Positions 9,734-19,630 of a stretch of 64,000 nt of DNA are shown here, in pieces. Every line of letters starts with the position of its first letter. Within the stretch, counting starts at the first letter, position 1. The notes below the pieces were generated by a model that saw only the letters and a program-made list of their open reading frames with translations, was not told where the DNA came from and searched no databases. This DNA is from Nanobdellota archaeon (GTDB lineage: Archaea; Nanobdellota; Nanobdellia; Parvarchaeales; Parvarchaeaceae): assembly GCA_021807125.1 (NCBI GenBank), contig JAKAPK010000001.1, positions 182,354 to 246,353 of the forward strand, in the 5' to 3' direction. The translations under genes were made by a program, and so were the position numbers.

Positions 9734-10600
9734 ATGTTTAATCTTGGACTGGCAATCGCATTTTTCGTGATGCTGTCCTTCGCAGCTTCTGATCTTCTTG
9801 CTAAGAGGGTTTCATCCCAGATAGGCAGTAAGAGAACGACATTTATAATGTTCTGTTTCAGTTTTGTAACTTTCGGTCTGATTGCCCTGTTCGTCGGTGG
9901 GGTAAACGTGAACGTTTTTGCTGCACTTATAGCTGTAGGATCCGGAGCTATATACAGCGTCGCTTATCTCCTTCTTTACAAGTCTCTTGAAAAGCAACAA
10001 GTATCCAATAGCATATCATTGGTAGGAATAGAGTACATATTGATAGCAATATTTTCAATAACCGTTCTAGGTGAGAGTCTGGCTACGATAACGCTCGTGG
10101 CATTTGTAGGCGTTTTCATCGGCGCATTTCTTGTCACGACCAAGGAGAACTTCAGATTCAACAGAGGATATTTGCCAGCAGCATTATCTATGTGTCTTTT
10201 TGGCGTAAATTTCATGTTTTTGGTCTTTGCAGAGCAGGCTTCTGGCAATCTTTTGTTCCCATTATTGGTAAACAGGGCAATAGCTATACCTTTGCTAGGC
10301 ATGTACCTTAAATTTTACCCGGAAAAAACCAAAAGCTTCAGTAGGAGAAGTTTTCGTAACATAGGACTTAAGACTTTGGTGATAAACGCATTTACGGGCG
10401 TTTTCAACGCAACGGGGTCATTTTCACTGCTCTTCCTTGCTTCCTTCGGCGTGTTGGCGTTGGGCTCAACCATAGCCGCTGTTGAACCGGCGCTGGTAGT
10501 CCTTGCAGGTTATCTAATATATAAAGAGCGATTCAAAAAGCACCAGATATTCGGTTTCATTATACTAATAATTAGTACTATAGTACTGAGCGCAGTCTAG
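9734..10600 (+). CDS. EamA/DMT-superfamily transporter
   Basis: 288 aa and ~10 TM segments in two homologous halves, each ending in an 'E...GxxLIxxG'-like segment. Confidence 0.7.
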   Translation: MFNLGLAIAFFVMLSFAASDLLAKRVSSQIGSKRTTFIMFCFSFVTFGLIALFVGGVNVNVFAALIAVGSGAIYSVAYLLLYKSLEKQQVSNSISLVGIEYILIAIFSITVLGESLATITLVAFVGVFIGAFLVTTKENFRFNRGYLPAALSMCLFGVNFMFLVFAEQASGNLLFPLLVNRAIAIPLLGMYLKFYPEKTKSFSRRSFRNIGLKTLVINAFTGVFNATGSFSLLFLASFGVLALGSTIAAVEPALVVLAGYLIYKERFKKHQIFGFIILIISTIVLSAV

Positions 10601-10610
10601 CTTTGTATAA

Positions 10611-11291
10611 TTAATCTTTTAGATCCGACAAAAATTCGTCTTCCATTTTTTTTGCGAGTTTAGGATTGTTTTTTCTGACGAAATTCATTATTTCGATGCA
10701 TTTTTGTCTGCTTGTCGGTGCTATGTCCCCACTTTCTCTATCGATGCCTTCCGGTACCCATAGAAGGTACGCCTGCTCAATGTGCTTCTCGGGATTTTTT
10801 TTGAGAGCATCGTATCGTATGTCTCTTACTTCGTACCAGTACCAATGACTTTGATCACCAGGATATGAATATCTTAAAACCGCAGGTAATGGAAATCCGC
10901 TTGCAATCCCGAATTTATAATCGTCTTCAGCGTACATGTGCTCCTTATTTTTATAACTGTCCCTGCTTACGCTAAAATCCACTGACGTGTATATCTCTTT
11001 GTGGCCCATGCAGAAATAATCGTTTAAAGACAGACCGGCAAATCTTGTGTTTAAGCCTAGTTTATGCCTAAGAGTACGTTTTATTTTTTCTCTTTCGCTT
11101 TTGATTGAATCAATATTAAAATCATTTATTCTTGATGAAGTTTTGCTTCTTTCTTCTTTTATATGGAAATTTATATAAGCAGCAGGCATGATGCCCTCGA
11201 CTACGAGATAAAGATTTAGATGCTCATAGCTAGAAAGATTGTAAGTGTCTGCAAGCCCATTAACAACGTCTTCAAGAGTCTTTCTGGCCAT
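10611..11291 (-). CDS. hypothetical protein
   Basis: 226-aa ORF; no recognisable motif. Confidence 0.5.
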   Translation of the reverse strand: MARKTLEDVVNGLADTYNLSSYEHLNLYLVVEGIMPAAYINFHIKEERSKTSSRINDFNIDSIKSEREKIKRTLRHKLGLNTRFAGLSLNDYFCMGHKEIYTSVDFSVSRDSYKNKEHMYAEDDYKFGIASGFPLPAVLRYSYPGDQSHWYWYEVRDIRYDALKKNPEKHIEQAYLLWVPEGIDRESGDIAPTSRQKCIEIMNFVRKNNPKLAKKMEDEFLSDLKD

Positions 11292-11325
11292 ATCTTTTAC
11301 AAAGATATAAGCTTCTATTTATCCT

Positions 11326-11913
11326 TTATTCAAAGGCTTCCTTCGGGAGAGAAAGCGAAGATACAAGCAGAACGTGTTTTTTTACAGTATCAATCACCGT
11401 GAAGCTTGCATTGTGAACTCGGATACCTAACACCGGAAACTCGTCACACTGTAGTGTCTCCGACATAAACGCCTTTATAGTGTCCCCGTGCGAAACCGCG
11501 ACAATTAAATCCCTGTTTTTGTTGGATTCTATGAATTCCCTCACTCTTTTAGTTATGTCGTTCCACGATTCAAAACCATGTAAATCTCCAGAAGTCAGCA
11601 GTTTTCTATGCCACCCAGGCACTGGCGATATAGGCTTATTATTAAACTCGCCCATATATCTCTCAGCTAATCTTTCATCTATTATTGGTTCAACCCCCAA
11701 TCGACTGCCTATAATCTTAGCTGTCTGATGTGCCCGTAATATATTACTTGAAAACAGCGCTGGTACTATACCCGTTGCTGCTAGCTCTTCTGCCGCATGA
11801 AGTGCTTGTTCTACTCCCTTAGCAGTGAGCGGAAATTTGTCAGGATCATGACTAAGTATGTTTTTTACATTTCCTTCGCTTTGGCCGTGTCTTACTAATA
11901 TTATCTTACTCAT
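11326..11913 (-). CDS. histidine phosphatase family protein (phosphoglycerate mutase-like)
   Basis: 'IILVRHGQSEGN' RHG motif plus a downstream 'VAVSHGDTI' His motif. Confidence 0.8.
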   Translation of the reverse strand: MSKIILVRHGQSEGNVKNILSHDPDKFPLTAKGVEQALHAAEELAATGIVPALFSSNILRAHQTAKIIGSRLGVEPIIDERLAERYMGEFNNKPISPVPGWHRKLLTSGDLHGFESWNDITKRVREFIESNKNRDLIVAVSHGDTIKAFMSETLQCDEFPVLGIRVHNASFTVIDTVKKHVLLVSSLSLPKEAFE

Positions 11914-11993
11914 ACTGTATTTTTTATAAAGAGTTTAGATTGCATCTGCTATTTATCAGTATCCAAGCACAATAAGAGCTCAGAATTAACTGC

Positions 11994-12299
11994 TTATTCT
12001 TCATCTCTGAAGATTTCACCAAAACAAGAAACAAAATATTCCATGGCATCTTCAAGAGATTCTTCCCCTTTTATTGTCAAAGAATATATGATTGCCCTGC
12101 CTTCCTTGTCGCCTTCGACCAATAATCTTTCGTTTAGTTGTTTAAGTGCCGGATACAACGTGCCTGGTTTAGGTTTTTCGCCGCGTCTTTTTTCTATTTC
12201 TTCTGCCAGTTCTTCGCCGTTCATTTCCCGTTTTGATAGAAGCCACATTATCTGAAACGACAGCATGCCGCGCATATCGCAACCGAAATCTCGTATCAT
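11994..12299 (-). CDS. PadR-family winged-helix transcriptional regulator
   Basis: 'LLSKREMNGEELAEEIEKRRGEKPKPGTLYPALKQLNERLLVE' matches the PadR pattern. Confidence 0.75.
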   Translation of the reverse strand: MIRDFGCDMRGMLSFQIMWLLSKREMNGEELAEEIEKRRGEKPKPGTLYPALKQLNERLLVEGDKEGRAIIYSLTIKGEESLEDAMEYFVSCFGEIFRDEE

Positions 12300-12398
12300 A
12301 AAAATATAGGATGACCGATATATTTAAATATTAAGAAAAATAATATAGGATGTCCTATAATGAGATAACGAGTATTCTTATGTCGGACGGGAGGAAAT

Positions 12399-13358
12399 AT
12401 GGTTTTGGCAGGAATCGAAAATGAAATAACAGACTCAGTGGAAAAACTTAGCGAAAGCGTAGTAACAATAAGAAGTACGAGGCTTATTGAAAATTACCCA
12501 TTCAGCGATGCAAAGGTGAACGGTTCAGGATCCGGCTTGATAGTGGACCGCGGCGGCCATATTATTACGAATTATCATGTGATCCAGGATTCGGACGATG
12601 TCGAGGTCATGCTTAAAGACGGAACCAGTTATCTTGGAAAAGTTGTAGGCGGAGACAGAGCTACCGATATAGCAGTGATAAAAGTTGAAGGCAAAAATCT
12701 TCCCGCAGCCGACTTAGGTGATTCTGAAAAATTAAAAGTAGGGCAATTCGCGCTTGCGATAGGAAATGCGCTGGATCTTCCAGGAGCGCCGACGGTTTCA
12801 GTAGGGTCAATAAGTGCTATAGGCAGACCTATGCCGTGGGCCGATTTCATATTTGAAGGGCTTCTGCAGACAGACGCCGCTATAAATCCGGGAAACAGTG
12901 GTGGACCATTAGCAGACATAAGCGGCAAAGTAATAGGCATAAATTCCGCAATAATACCCTTTGCACAGGGAGTGGGTTTTGCAATACCTATAAACACTGT
13001 TAAATGGGTCTTAGAACAAGTCATGGAAAAAGGAAGAGTCACGAGACCAATGTTAGGGGTGTCAGTGATAAATGTTACGCCTGCTTTGTCCCGGCGATTC
13101 AGACTTTATACTGAAGAAGGGGTAATTGTGGCAAATGTCTCTTCAGGCGGGCCAGCGGAACGTTCGGGTCTGAGGGAAGGCGATATAATACAGCGTGTAG
13201 GTCAATATGAAATAAAAAGCGTGAAAGACCTGCTTCGCAGCATGTCCCAAATGCACATAAACGAAAGCGTGCAGATACGGTTCATACGCGGTAAAAGCAG
13301 GCAGGAAACAAAATTAAGACTCGTTGAGATGCCGGTAAGAAGCATAAGAAGACAATAA
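12399..13358 (+). CDS. HtrA/DegP-family serine protease with C-terminal PDZ domain
   Basis: 'ITNYHVI' (His), 'DIAVIKV' (Asp) and 'GNSGGPL' (Ser), followed by a PDZ-like 'GLREGDIIQRVG'. Confidence 0.85.
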   Translation: MVLAGIENEITDSVEKLSESVVTIRSTRLIENYPFSDAKVNGSGSGLIVDRGGHIITNYHVIQDSDDVEVMLKDGTSYLGKVVGGDRATDIAVIKVEGKNLPAADLGDSEKLKVGQFALAIGNALDLPGAPTVSVGSISAIGRPMPWADFIFEGLLQTDAAINPGNSGGPLADISGKVIGINSAIIPFAQGVGFAIPINTVKWVLEQVMEKGRVTRPMLGVSVINVTPALSRRFRLYTEEGVIVANVSSGGPAERSGLREGDIIQRVGQYEIKSVKDLLRSMSQMHINESVQIRFIRGKSRQETKLRLVEMPVRSIRRQ

Positions 13359-13458
13359 ATTTAATTTTATTCGTCTGCTTCTGAAGTGACGTGCAGATGT
13401 TACTTTAGAGAGGCTATATCACCGTATCAAAATACCGCGCAATAATATTATATAGCGC

Positions 13459-14712
13459 GTGGCGTTAATTTTTATGGACTTTGTCCCATTGGCGATACTT
13501 CTGATAGTTTTCGCGCTGATAGCAAGGAGGACCGTAGGCGGCAAGAGGCTCCAGATATGGGAAATAATGTCATTAGGGGCTTTAGGAGCCCTGTTTTTAG
13601 GCCAGATAACGCCGCTCGCAGCCTTTAATTCGATAAACCTTAACGTGATATTCTTTCTGGCAGGGATGTTCATAATCGGTGAAGCCGGCATAAAAAGCGG
13701 TTATATACTGAATCTTTTCACAAGAGTGCTTCACGGCGCAAAGAACATGGACTACTTGATTATAATAATGATATTCTTTGTAGGTCTGATATCGACAATA
13801 CTTTTGAACGATACGCTCGCGATAATAGGTACTCCTGTAATGCTTGTTCTAGCTCGCAGACTCAGGATAAACCATAAGGCGTTGCTATTCACTCTTTCCT
13901 TTGCAATAACTACCGGTAGCGTGATGAGTCCGATAGGCAACCCTCAGAATCTATTGATAGCCGCAAGCGGATTCGTAGGTAATCCATTTGTTGATTTTTT
14001 TAGCCGGCTTTTCGTGCCGACGATAATAAATCTTTTGCTGGTGTATGTGGTGATAAGGTTTTTCTTTGGAAATATTTTTGACGACAAGCCGAGGCGCATA
14101 AACGTATCTCCTATAAAGGATAAATCACTTGCGATGCTGACAAAAAGCTCATTATTGCTGCTGATAGCAATGATGATAATATATTCTTTGTCTTCGTTCT
14201 TCATACATCAAACAATTCCGCTCAGTAGTATAGCGCTTATATCGGCTTTGCCTATAATCATATTCGCTAAGGACAGGTACAAAATAATAAAAAATATAGA
14301 CTGGAAGACAATAGCATTTTTTATATCCATGTTTATCCTCATGCAAAGCGTTTTTCTGTCCGGTGTTTTCCAGACTTTGATAAATTATTACGACATAAAT
14401 GTAACCAGCACAGCAGCGATATTGTCTTTTAGTATAATAGTAAGCCAGTTCTTGTCCAATGTGCCTCTTGTTGCGCTGTTTATACCTATAATAGCGGGAA
14501 GTGGTGCGACCATAGGCTCGTTTATAGCTTTGGCGGCGGGAAGCACAATAGCCGGAAACTTTTTGCTACTTGGCGCAGCCAGCAATATAATAATCGTAAA
14601 TAGCACAGAAAGAATGAAGAAAGAGCCCTATGGCTTTTTGGAATTCGCCAAGATAGGTGCGGTTTTGACGCTTCTTAATGCGCTGGTGTATTGGATTTTC
14701 CTTTCGATATAA
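13459..14712 (+). CDS. ArsB/NhaD-superfamily anion permease (citrate-transporter-like)
   Basis: 417 aa and ~11-12 TM segments. 'GSVMSPIGNPQNLLIA' and 'AGSTIAGNFLLLGAASNII' repeats are typical of this family. GTG start; alternative ATG at 13474. Confidence 0.65.
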   Translation: MALIFMDFVPLAILLIVFALIARRTVGGKRLQIWEIMSLGALGALFLGQITPLAAFNSINLNVIFFLAGMFIIGEAGIKSGYILNLFTRVLHGAKNMDYLIIIMIFFVGLISTILLNDTLAIIGTPVMLVLARRLRINHKALLFTLSFAITTGSVMSPIGNPQNLLIAASGFVGNPFVDFFSRLFVPTIINLLLVYVVIRFFFGNIFDDKPRRINVSPIKDKSLAMLTKSSLLLLIAMMIIYSLSSFFIHQTIPLSSIALISALPIIIFAKDRYKIIKNIDWKTIAFFISMFILMQSVFLSGVFQTLINYYDINVTSTAAILSFSIIVSQFLSNVPLVALFIPIIAGSGATIGSFIALAAGSTIAGNFLLLGAASNIIIVNSTERMKKEPYGFLEFAKIGAVLTLLNALVYWIFLSI

Positions 14713-14745
14713 CAAGTATAAATTTAAAAAAAAACACACCGCTAT

Positions 14746-14922
14746 ATGGCATTCAACAGTGCAGGTGCGATGTCTCTTGGCTTAGAGGTGATTATACTAA
14801 TAATAATAGCAGTCATAATATTGATAGTCCTCATATACTTGATACAATCGGGGCTCCTGAACCAGCTTTTCAATCTTAATAAAATCGCAAACAAGACAGA
14901 AAACAATACACCGATCCCTTAA
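14746..14922 (+). CDS. small membrane protein, possible class III (pilin-like) signal peptide protein
   Basis: 58-aa ORF not in the supplied track: MAFNSAGAMSLGLEVIILIIIAVIILIVLIYLIQSG.... A TATA-like 'aagtataaattt' lies ~25 nt upstream. Confidence 0.4.
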   Translation: MAFNSAGAMSLGLEVIILIIIAVIILIVLIYLIQSGLLNQLFNLNKIANKTENNTPIP

Positions 14923-14952
14923 TTGAGGATTATTGATTATAAAGGAGAGCCT

Positions 14953-15891
14953 TTAAGAAGGCTCTCCTGAAAGGGAGGTATTTAATTCGGGTTCTTGTTC
15001 AATTGCTGATTGTTTTACAGGTCTTTGCAGCAGACCGCGGTAAACCGTTGACATTACTTCAACAGGGTCTGCAGTTGCTAGTGCGTTTTTAACGTGTGTT
15101 GGATCCATCTTTTTCATCTCGTAATCAAGTTGTTTCGCGGTCGTTCCGAGTATTATCTGTTTCATTCTTTCCATCGCACCGGTATTTTTCAAGGCTTTAA
15201 GACCTTCCACGAACATTGCGCGGCCTTTATCTATATACGAACGTGCTTCATCGTTGGTCATAGTGCCGCCTTTTGTATAATCCGTAGGATTGTTTGAAGA
15301 TATATTGTCGTAGAAACCAGTTCCTACGTCTCCTGCCATGTCTTCAGTCCCGTTTACATTGTCAAGTAGTTGTAATAATGTGGCAGGTCTCTGCATTGCA
15401 GGGTTTCCCATAATCTTGCTGGCCAGACCCGGTTTTTTGTTTTTATCTTTCATTATCATAAAAGCAAGCTGCTTATGGGCGTCATCTGGCAACATTGCTA
15501 TTAGTTCATTGCGATACTTGCCGAGCATAGGTTCTATTCTACCGACCATATTACTCAGATAAGGTTCCGTTACGGCATTATTCTGTATAAGCAGACCTAA
15601 CTGCTGGTTTATTATTCCTTCCATCTCGTTGTTGAATTTGCCGTTTATGTAAAGGAAAGGTTTGTAAAGTTTGGCAGCCACTTCATTCGGATCAAAACCA
15701 GGCTGTCCCTTCTGACTCTTGTACTCTGATATAGCGTCAGCGATTACGAAGTAATGGCCATTTCTCGACAGATAACGTTCAAGGCCTGCCTGATCACCAT
15801 TTTTCTTGTCTTTTTGCGGTTTTTGTGGCACCTCGGCGGGCTTTTCAGCCTTAGGTTTCTCAACACTCTTTTTATTGTTTTCTTTAGCCAT
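14953..15891 (-). CDS. hypothetical protein with Lys/Pro-rich N-terminus
   Basis: 312-aa ORF; no recognisable motif. Confidence 0.5.
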   Translation of the reverse strand: MAKENNKKSVEKPKAEKPAEVPQKPQKDKKNGDQAGLERYLSRNGHYFVIADAISEYKSQKGQPGFDPNEVAAKLYKPFLYINGKFNNEMEGIINQQLGLLIQNNAVTEPYLSNMVGRIEPMLGKYRNELIAMLPDDAHKQLAFMIMKDKNKKPGLASKIMGNPAMQRPATLLQLLDNVNGTEDMAGDVGTGFYDNISSNNPTDYTKGGTMTNDEARSYIDKGRAMFVEGLKALKNTGAMERMKQIILGTTAKQLDYEMKKMDPTHVKNALATADPVEVMSTVYRGLLQRPVKQSAIEQEPELNTSLSGEPS

Positions 15892-15994
15892 AACTTAACC
15901 TCCCGATTATTTTATTATTTTATAGTAATGAAATATTCTAATATATAAAGCTTTACTTCTGCGAAAATAGGGGTTTAGGCGAATAATACGCTAT

Positions 15995-16681
15995 TTATTT
16001 CAATAGATATGGCTCAAGATCTTCTGCATTGACTATGGGTTTCTCCAGTTTTTCCATATCATCTATCCCTATCCTTTGACATGCCGTATTTATGAAGACG
16101 TCAATGTCCCGAAACTCATTTAATCTGTTAAAGTTTATTTCATCGCTTATCGTAGAAAAGATTTTCGTTCCGCGTTTTTTTAGCGCTTCTTTAAGAAGAT
16201 TGACGCCGTACGTTTGGCCGCTTTTCATGGACTCCACAAACATGACGTTTTTTGCAGACAGTGCCGTACCTATAGCTTGGAGGACTCTTTTTCGGTATTT
16301 GTCACCGGCTTTACCGTCAATAAAAGTTATAGTCTCGCTTTCCGGGTCTACGTTCAGAAGTGGTTTGCCCAATTTTATAGGTATGCCCAAGAGATGAAAA
16401 ACCCCCTGTGTAAATGCAAGGGTTACATCACAATCCTCGCAACGTGCAGCGTCCACGTCACATCCGAGTATCTGACCCGGATACATTGCGCGGTATTTTG
16501 ACTTTATGACAACGAATTCCTTTTCCTTTATATTTTGTACCACATAATTCATCTGATCAATGTATTGTATGGCCGCAACCGCGTTTATTTTTTTATACTG
16601 CGATAAAGCCTCTTTTATCTTATTCATGAACAAATCGCTAATCTTGCCGTTATATCTCGCTTCAACAAACATTACTTCCAT
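15995..16681 (-). CDS. dph2: Dph2-like diphthamide synthesis protein (short form)
   Basis: 'YPGQILGCDV', 'GVFHLLGIP', 'FINTACQRIGIDD' and 'KPIVNAEDLE' parallel the WPGQVLGC / GIFHPLG / ACPR..DD / KPVLTP motifs of archaeal Dph2 domains 2-3. The N-terminal domain is absent. Confidence 0.6.
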   Translation of the reverse strand: MEVMFVEARYNGKISDLFMNKIKEALSQYKKINAVAAIQYIDQMNYVVQNIKEKEFVVIKSKYRAMYPGQILGCDVDAARCEDCDVTLAFTQGVFHLLGIPIKLGKPLLNVDPESETITFIDGKAGDKYRKRVLQAIGTALSAKNVMFVESMKSGQTYGVNLLKEALKKRGTKIFSTISDEINFNRLNEFRDIDVFINTACQRIGIDDMEKLEKPIVNAEDLEPYLLK

Positions 16682-16702
16682 AAACTATATTTAGTCAAAG
16701 AT

Positions 16703-16715
16703 AAAGGTATAAATA
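16703..16715 (+). promoter_or_regulatory. BRE/TATA-like box upstream of rps6e
   Basis: 'aaaggtataaata' lies ~25-35 nt upstream of the ATG at 16739. The same aaaGGyATAAAt word recurs upstream of other genes. Confidence 0.4.
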
Positions 16716-16738
16716 CGTATCTCTAATTAATCTGTGTT

Positions 16739-17119
16739 ATGGAAACTAAGATTGTTGTCAGCGACCCGAAAACAGGGGAGAGTTTTAATAAAGTGCTCAA
16801 TTCAGAAGAGATGGAAACTCTAATCGGCAAAAAGCTCGGCGAAAACGTAGCACTTTCTTTCATGGGTCTGGATGGATATGAAGCACAGATAACCGGCGGT
16901 AGCTATATGACCGGAATGCCAATGAGGAATGACGTAGATGGAATAGGTCTAAAAAAGATACTTATTGGGAAAGAACTTGGGAACAATGAGAACATAAGAC
17001 TTAAGAAGTCTGTAGCAGGAAACACAATAAGTCAGTTCACTTCACAGGTTAATTTGAAGATAACCAAACAGGGCGAAAAATCCCTTAAAGAGGTTCTCGG
17101 TAAGAAGACTGATGGTTGA
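16739..17119 (+). CDS. rps6e: 30S ribosomal protein S6e
   Basis: 'KIVVSDPKTGESF...ITGGSYMTGMPMRNDVDG' matches the S6e family pattern. Confidence 0.9.
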   Translation: METKIVVSDPKTGESFNKVLNSEEMETLIGKKLGENVALSFMGLDGYEAQITGGSYMTGMPMRNDVDGIGLKKILIGKELGNNENIRLKKSVAGNTISQFTSQVNLKITKQGEKSLKEVLGKKTDG

Positions 17120-18305
17120 AAATATAATAATAGACGTAGTCGGCAGTTTTGCTGACGGTAAAACCACATTGGTGCGTGCGCTTACTAACGAGTCGACGCT
17201 GCGTCACAGCGAGGAAAAAAAGAGGGGTATTACAATAAGATTGGGTTATGCACACTTCGTATTATACAAATGCAAAAAGTGCGGCTATTTGAGCAGAAAA
17301 CAGCAGTGCGAGACATGCGGTTCCGCCTCTGAATTATTCAGAAAGGTATCAATAATAGATTCTCCAGGCCATAAGACATTGATGACAATAATGTTAAGCG
17401 GTGCCGCTCTGGTCAGCGGTGCTATACTTGTTATCGCAGCAAATCAAAAATGTCCACAACCGCAGACCGAAGAGCATCTTAATGCGCTTAGGATAATAGG
17501 AATAAAGAACCTTGTCGTAGCACAGACAAAGGTGGATATAGTGAGTCCGCAGAGAGCGAAGGAAAACTATCAGGAAATAAAGAAGTTCTTGTCAGATAGC
17601 GGTTTCGATAATGTACCCATAATCCCTGTGTTTTCTACTGCTAACGTAAACATTGTCGAGTTGATACAGGAGATAGGCAAGTTTCCTTTGGAAAACAGCG
17701 TAGCAAAGAAGGCACCCGTTATGCTGGCAGTAAGAAGTTTCGATGCAAATCGCCCAGGCACAGCTATAAAAGAACTTGTCGGCGGAATACTCGGCGGTGC
17801 CTTAAAGGAGGGAGAATTGTCCTCTGGTGACGAAATAGAGATATACCCTGGAATCCAGGTTAAAAACGGATGGCAGCCGCTTAAGAGCAAAGTTATAGAT
17901 ATGCACAGTGAGTTTGGCAAAGAGTCAAAAGTTTCAAAAGGGCTGACAGTGGGGCTACAGACAGCTCTCGATCCTGCACTTACAAGGAGAGACAATCTTG
18001 CAGGGAGTCTTATAGTATCGGTTAAGAATCGGCCGCAGCTAAAACCGCGCATTTCATTCGAATACTCCCCTCTGGAGAAACAAGAAAAGAACTTATTCAA
18101 GAGGTCAATTCAAAAGAATGAAGTAGTCCTCCTTAACATTCTTGCCGGCAAAGCTCTAGCTACAGTTACGGCCGTATCCGGCAATAAGGTTGTAGCTGCA
18201 TTAAGCAATTCAGTTCTTCCTTACTACGTGGGAGACAACGCAATAATCTCAAGAAAATTAGACAACGTTTGGACTCTTGCAGGTTCAGGCAAGATATATG
18301 ATTAA
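17112..18305 (+). CDS. eif2g: translation initiation factor aIF-2 gamma subunit
   Basis: GTPase motifs 'GSFADGKTT', 'DSPGHK' and 'QTKVD'. Zn-ribbon insert 'CKKCGY...CETCG'. Conserved position after S6e. Confidence 0.88.
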   Translation: MVENIIIDVVGSFADGKTTLVRALTNESTLRHSEEKKRGITIRLGYAHFVLYKCKKCGYLSRKQQCETCGSASELFRKVSIIDSPGHKTLMTIMLSGAALVSGAILVIAANQKCPQPQTEEHLNALRIIGIKNLVVAQTKVDIVSPQRAKENYQEIKKFLSDSGFDNVPIIPVFSTANVNIVELIQEIGKFPLENSVAKKAPVMLAVRSFDANRPGTAIKELVGGILGGALKEGELSSGDEIEIYPGIQVKNGWQPLKSKVIDMHSEFGKESKVSKGLTVGLQTALDPALTRRDNLAGSLIVSVKNRPQLKPRISFEYSPLEKQEKNLFKRSIQKNEVVLLNILAGKALATVTAVSGNKVVAALSNSVLPYYVGDNAIISRKLDNVWTLAGSGKIYD

Positions 18306-18654
18306 GATAGCTCTGGATACAAATTCTTTAGTGTATATTTTTGACAACAAAACCGACATAGAATCTGCGCTTGACCTCTCTTTGGGAGGACCCTACAAAC
18401 TTTTTGTACCGCAATGCTGCATAAACGAACTGATAAAACTTAAACGACAGGATGTCGTCAGTCTTATCAAATCCTTAAGGTTCAACGTAATCGAAAGCGA
18501 ACCGGGAGACGTTGATGGAGAACTTATACGCCTTGCGAAAGAAAAAAATATGCATGTAATGACCGAAGACCGCAAGCTTATAGCAAAAGCTAGGCTCGCA
18601 GGTGTAGTTATAATACGCAGGTCAGGGAAGGATCATTTTAGTATTATCACTTGA
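18277..18654 (+). CDS. PIN-domain nuclease (Fcf1/VapC-like)
   Basis: 'IALDTNSLVY' N-terminal acidic motif, 'DGELIRLA' and 'VMTEDRKL'. The likely start is the ATG at 18298, overlapping the aIF2-gamma stop. Confidence 0.7.
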   Translation: MQVQARYMIKIALDTNSLVYIFDNKTDIESALDLSLGGPYKLFVPQCCINELIKLKRQDVVSLIKSLRFNVIESEPGDVDGELIRLAKEKNMHVMTEDRKLIAKARLAGVVIIRRSGKDHFSIIT

Positions 18655-18709
18655 GTCTCTTATGCAAAAATGAAACATATAAATATTATAATAAGTATGC
18701 AATAGCGAT

Positions 18710-18985
18710 ATGGATAATGGTGCGGTGCTGATAGGTAAAAAACCAATGATTTCATACGTCCTTGCCGTTTTGACCCACATAAATTCGGGAAACGACTTGG
18801 TTGTCATAAAAGCAAGGGGTTCTCTTATATCTAAGGCCGTAGACGTATCACAAATTGTTATGCGTAAGTTCTCTCAGGGTCTAGCGATAACAAAAATAGA
18901 CGTAGGTACAGAAGAGCTTAAAGGAGAAGACTCTAAAATAAGAAAGGTTTCCTTTATATCGATAGAAATGAAAAAGGGAATATGA
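18710..18985 (+). CDS. albA: Alba DNA/RNA-binding protein
   Basis: 'VLIGKKPMISYVLAVLTHINSGNDLVVIKARGSLISKAVDVSQIV' matches the Alba family pattern. Confidence 0.9.
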   Translation: MDNGAVLIGKKPMISYVLAVLTHINSGNDLVVIKARGSLISKAVDVSQIVMRKFSQGLAITKIDVGTEELKGEDSKIRKVSFISIEMKKGI

Positions 18986-19629
18986 TAAACGAAAGCGACT
19001 TCGTGTTTATAAATTTTATAGGGAAAATACTGCAGACGGGTAAAATTTTCGATTTGAACTACAAAGACCTCGCCGAAAAGGAGGGTATAAAATCGGAAAA
19101 CATGAAATTCGAACCCATACTTGTCGTACCGAATGCTAAATACACTTTATCGGTCATATCCAAATCGGTTGTAGGTAAAGAAGTTGGGGACAAGTATACT
19201 CTTGACATAAAACCAAAGGAAGGATTCGGAGATTTCAATCCAAAACTCGTAAGAACATTTAGTCTGAATACATTCATGGAAAACAGAATAAATCCTTCGG
19301 TAGGTGATGTTGTAGCTCTGGATGATAAGATAGCAACTGTAATGTCGGTAAGCGGCGGCAGGGTAATGGTCAATTTTAATCACCCTCTTGCAGGAAAGGA
19401 TTTAAGATATGAGATAGAGATAATAAAAAAAATAGAAAGTGACAATGACAAGTGCGATGCAATATTCACGCATTACGTGGGAAGCAAGCCACAAAGCGTA
19501 GAAATTTCCGGAAACAATATAAAGATAGCATATTCAGGTGACGTGCAAAAGTATGTCGCCGACGCCATCTCAACTGACATAGTGAAATACATAAATAAAG
19601 AATTTAAAGTAGAGATTACTAAATCTTAA
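18982..19629 (+). CDS. FKBP-type peptidyl-prolyl cis-trans isomerase (SlyD-like)
   Basis: '[15 protein letters not shown]' and '[18 protein letters not shown]' match the HPLAGK.L.FE. signature of archaeal/SlyD FKBPs. Confidence 0.8.
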   Translation: MINESDFVFINFIGKILQTGKIFDLNYKDLAEKEGIKSENMKFEPILVVPNAKYTLSVISKSVVGKEVGDKYTLDIKPKEGFGDFNPKLVRTFSLNTFMENRINPSVGDVVALDDKIATVMSVSGGRVMVNFNHPLAGKDLRYEIEIIKKIESDNDKCDAIFTHYVGSKPQSVEISGNNIKIAYSGDVQKYVADAISTDIVKYINKEFKVEITKS

Positions 19630-19630
19630 T

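Noticed and set aside
13419-13691. 90-aa minus-strand ORF at the 5' end of the permease gene
   Set aside because: It is antisense to a well-supported transporter ORF and has no motifs.
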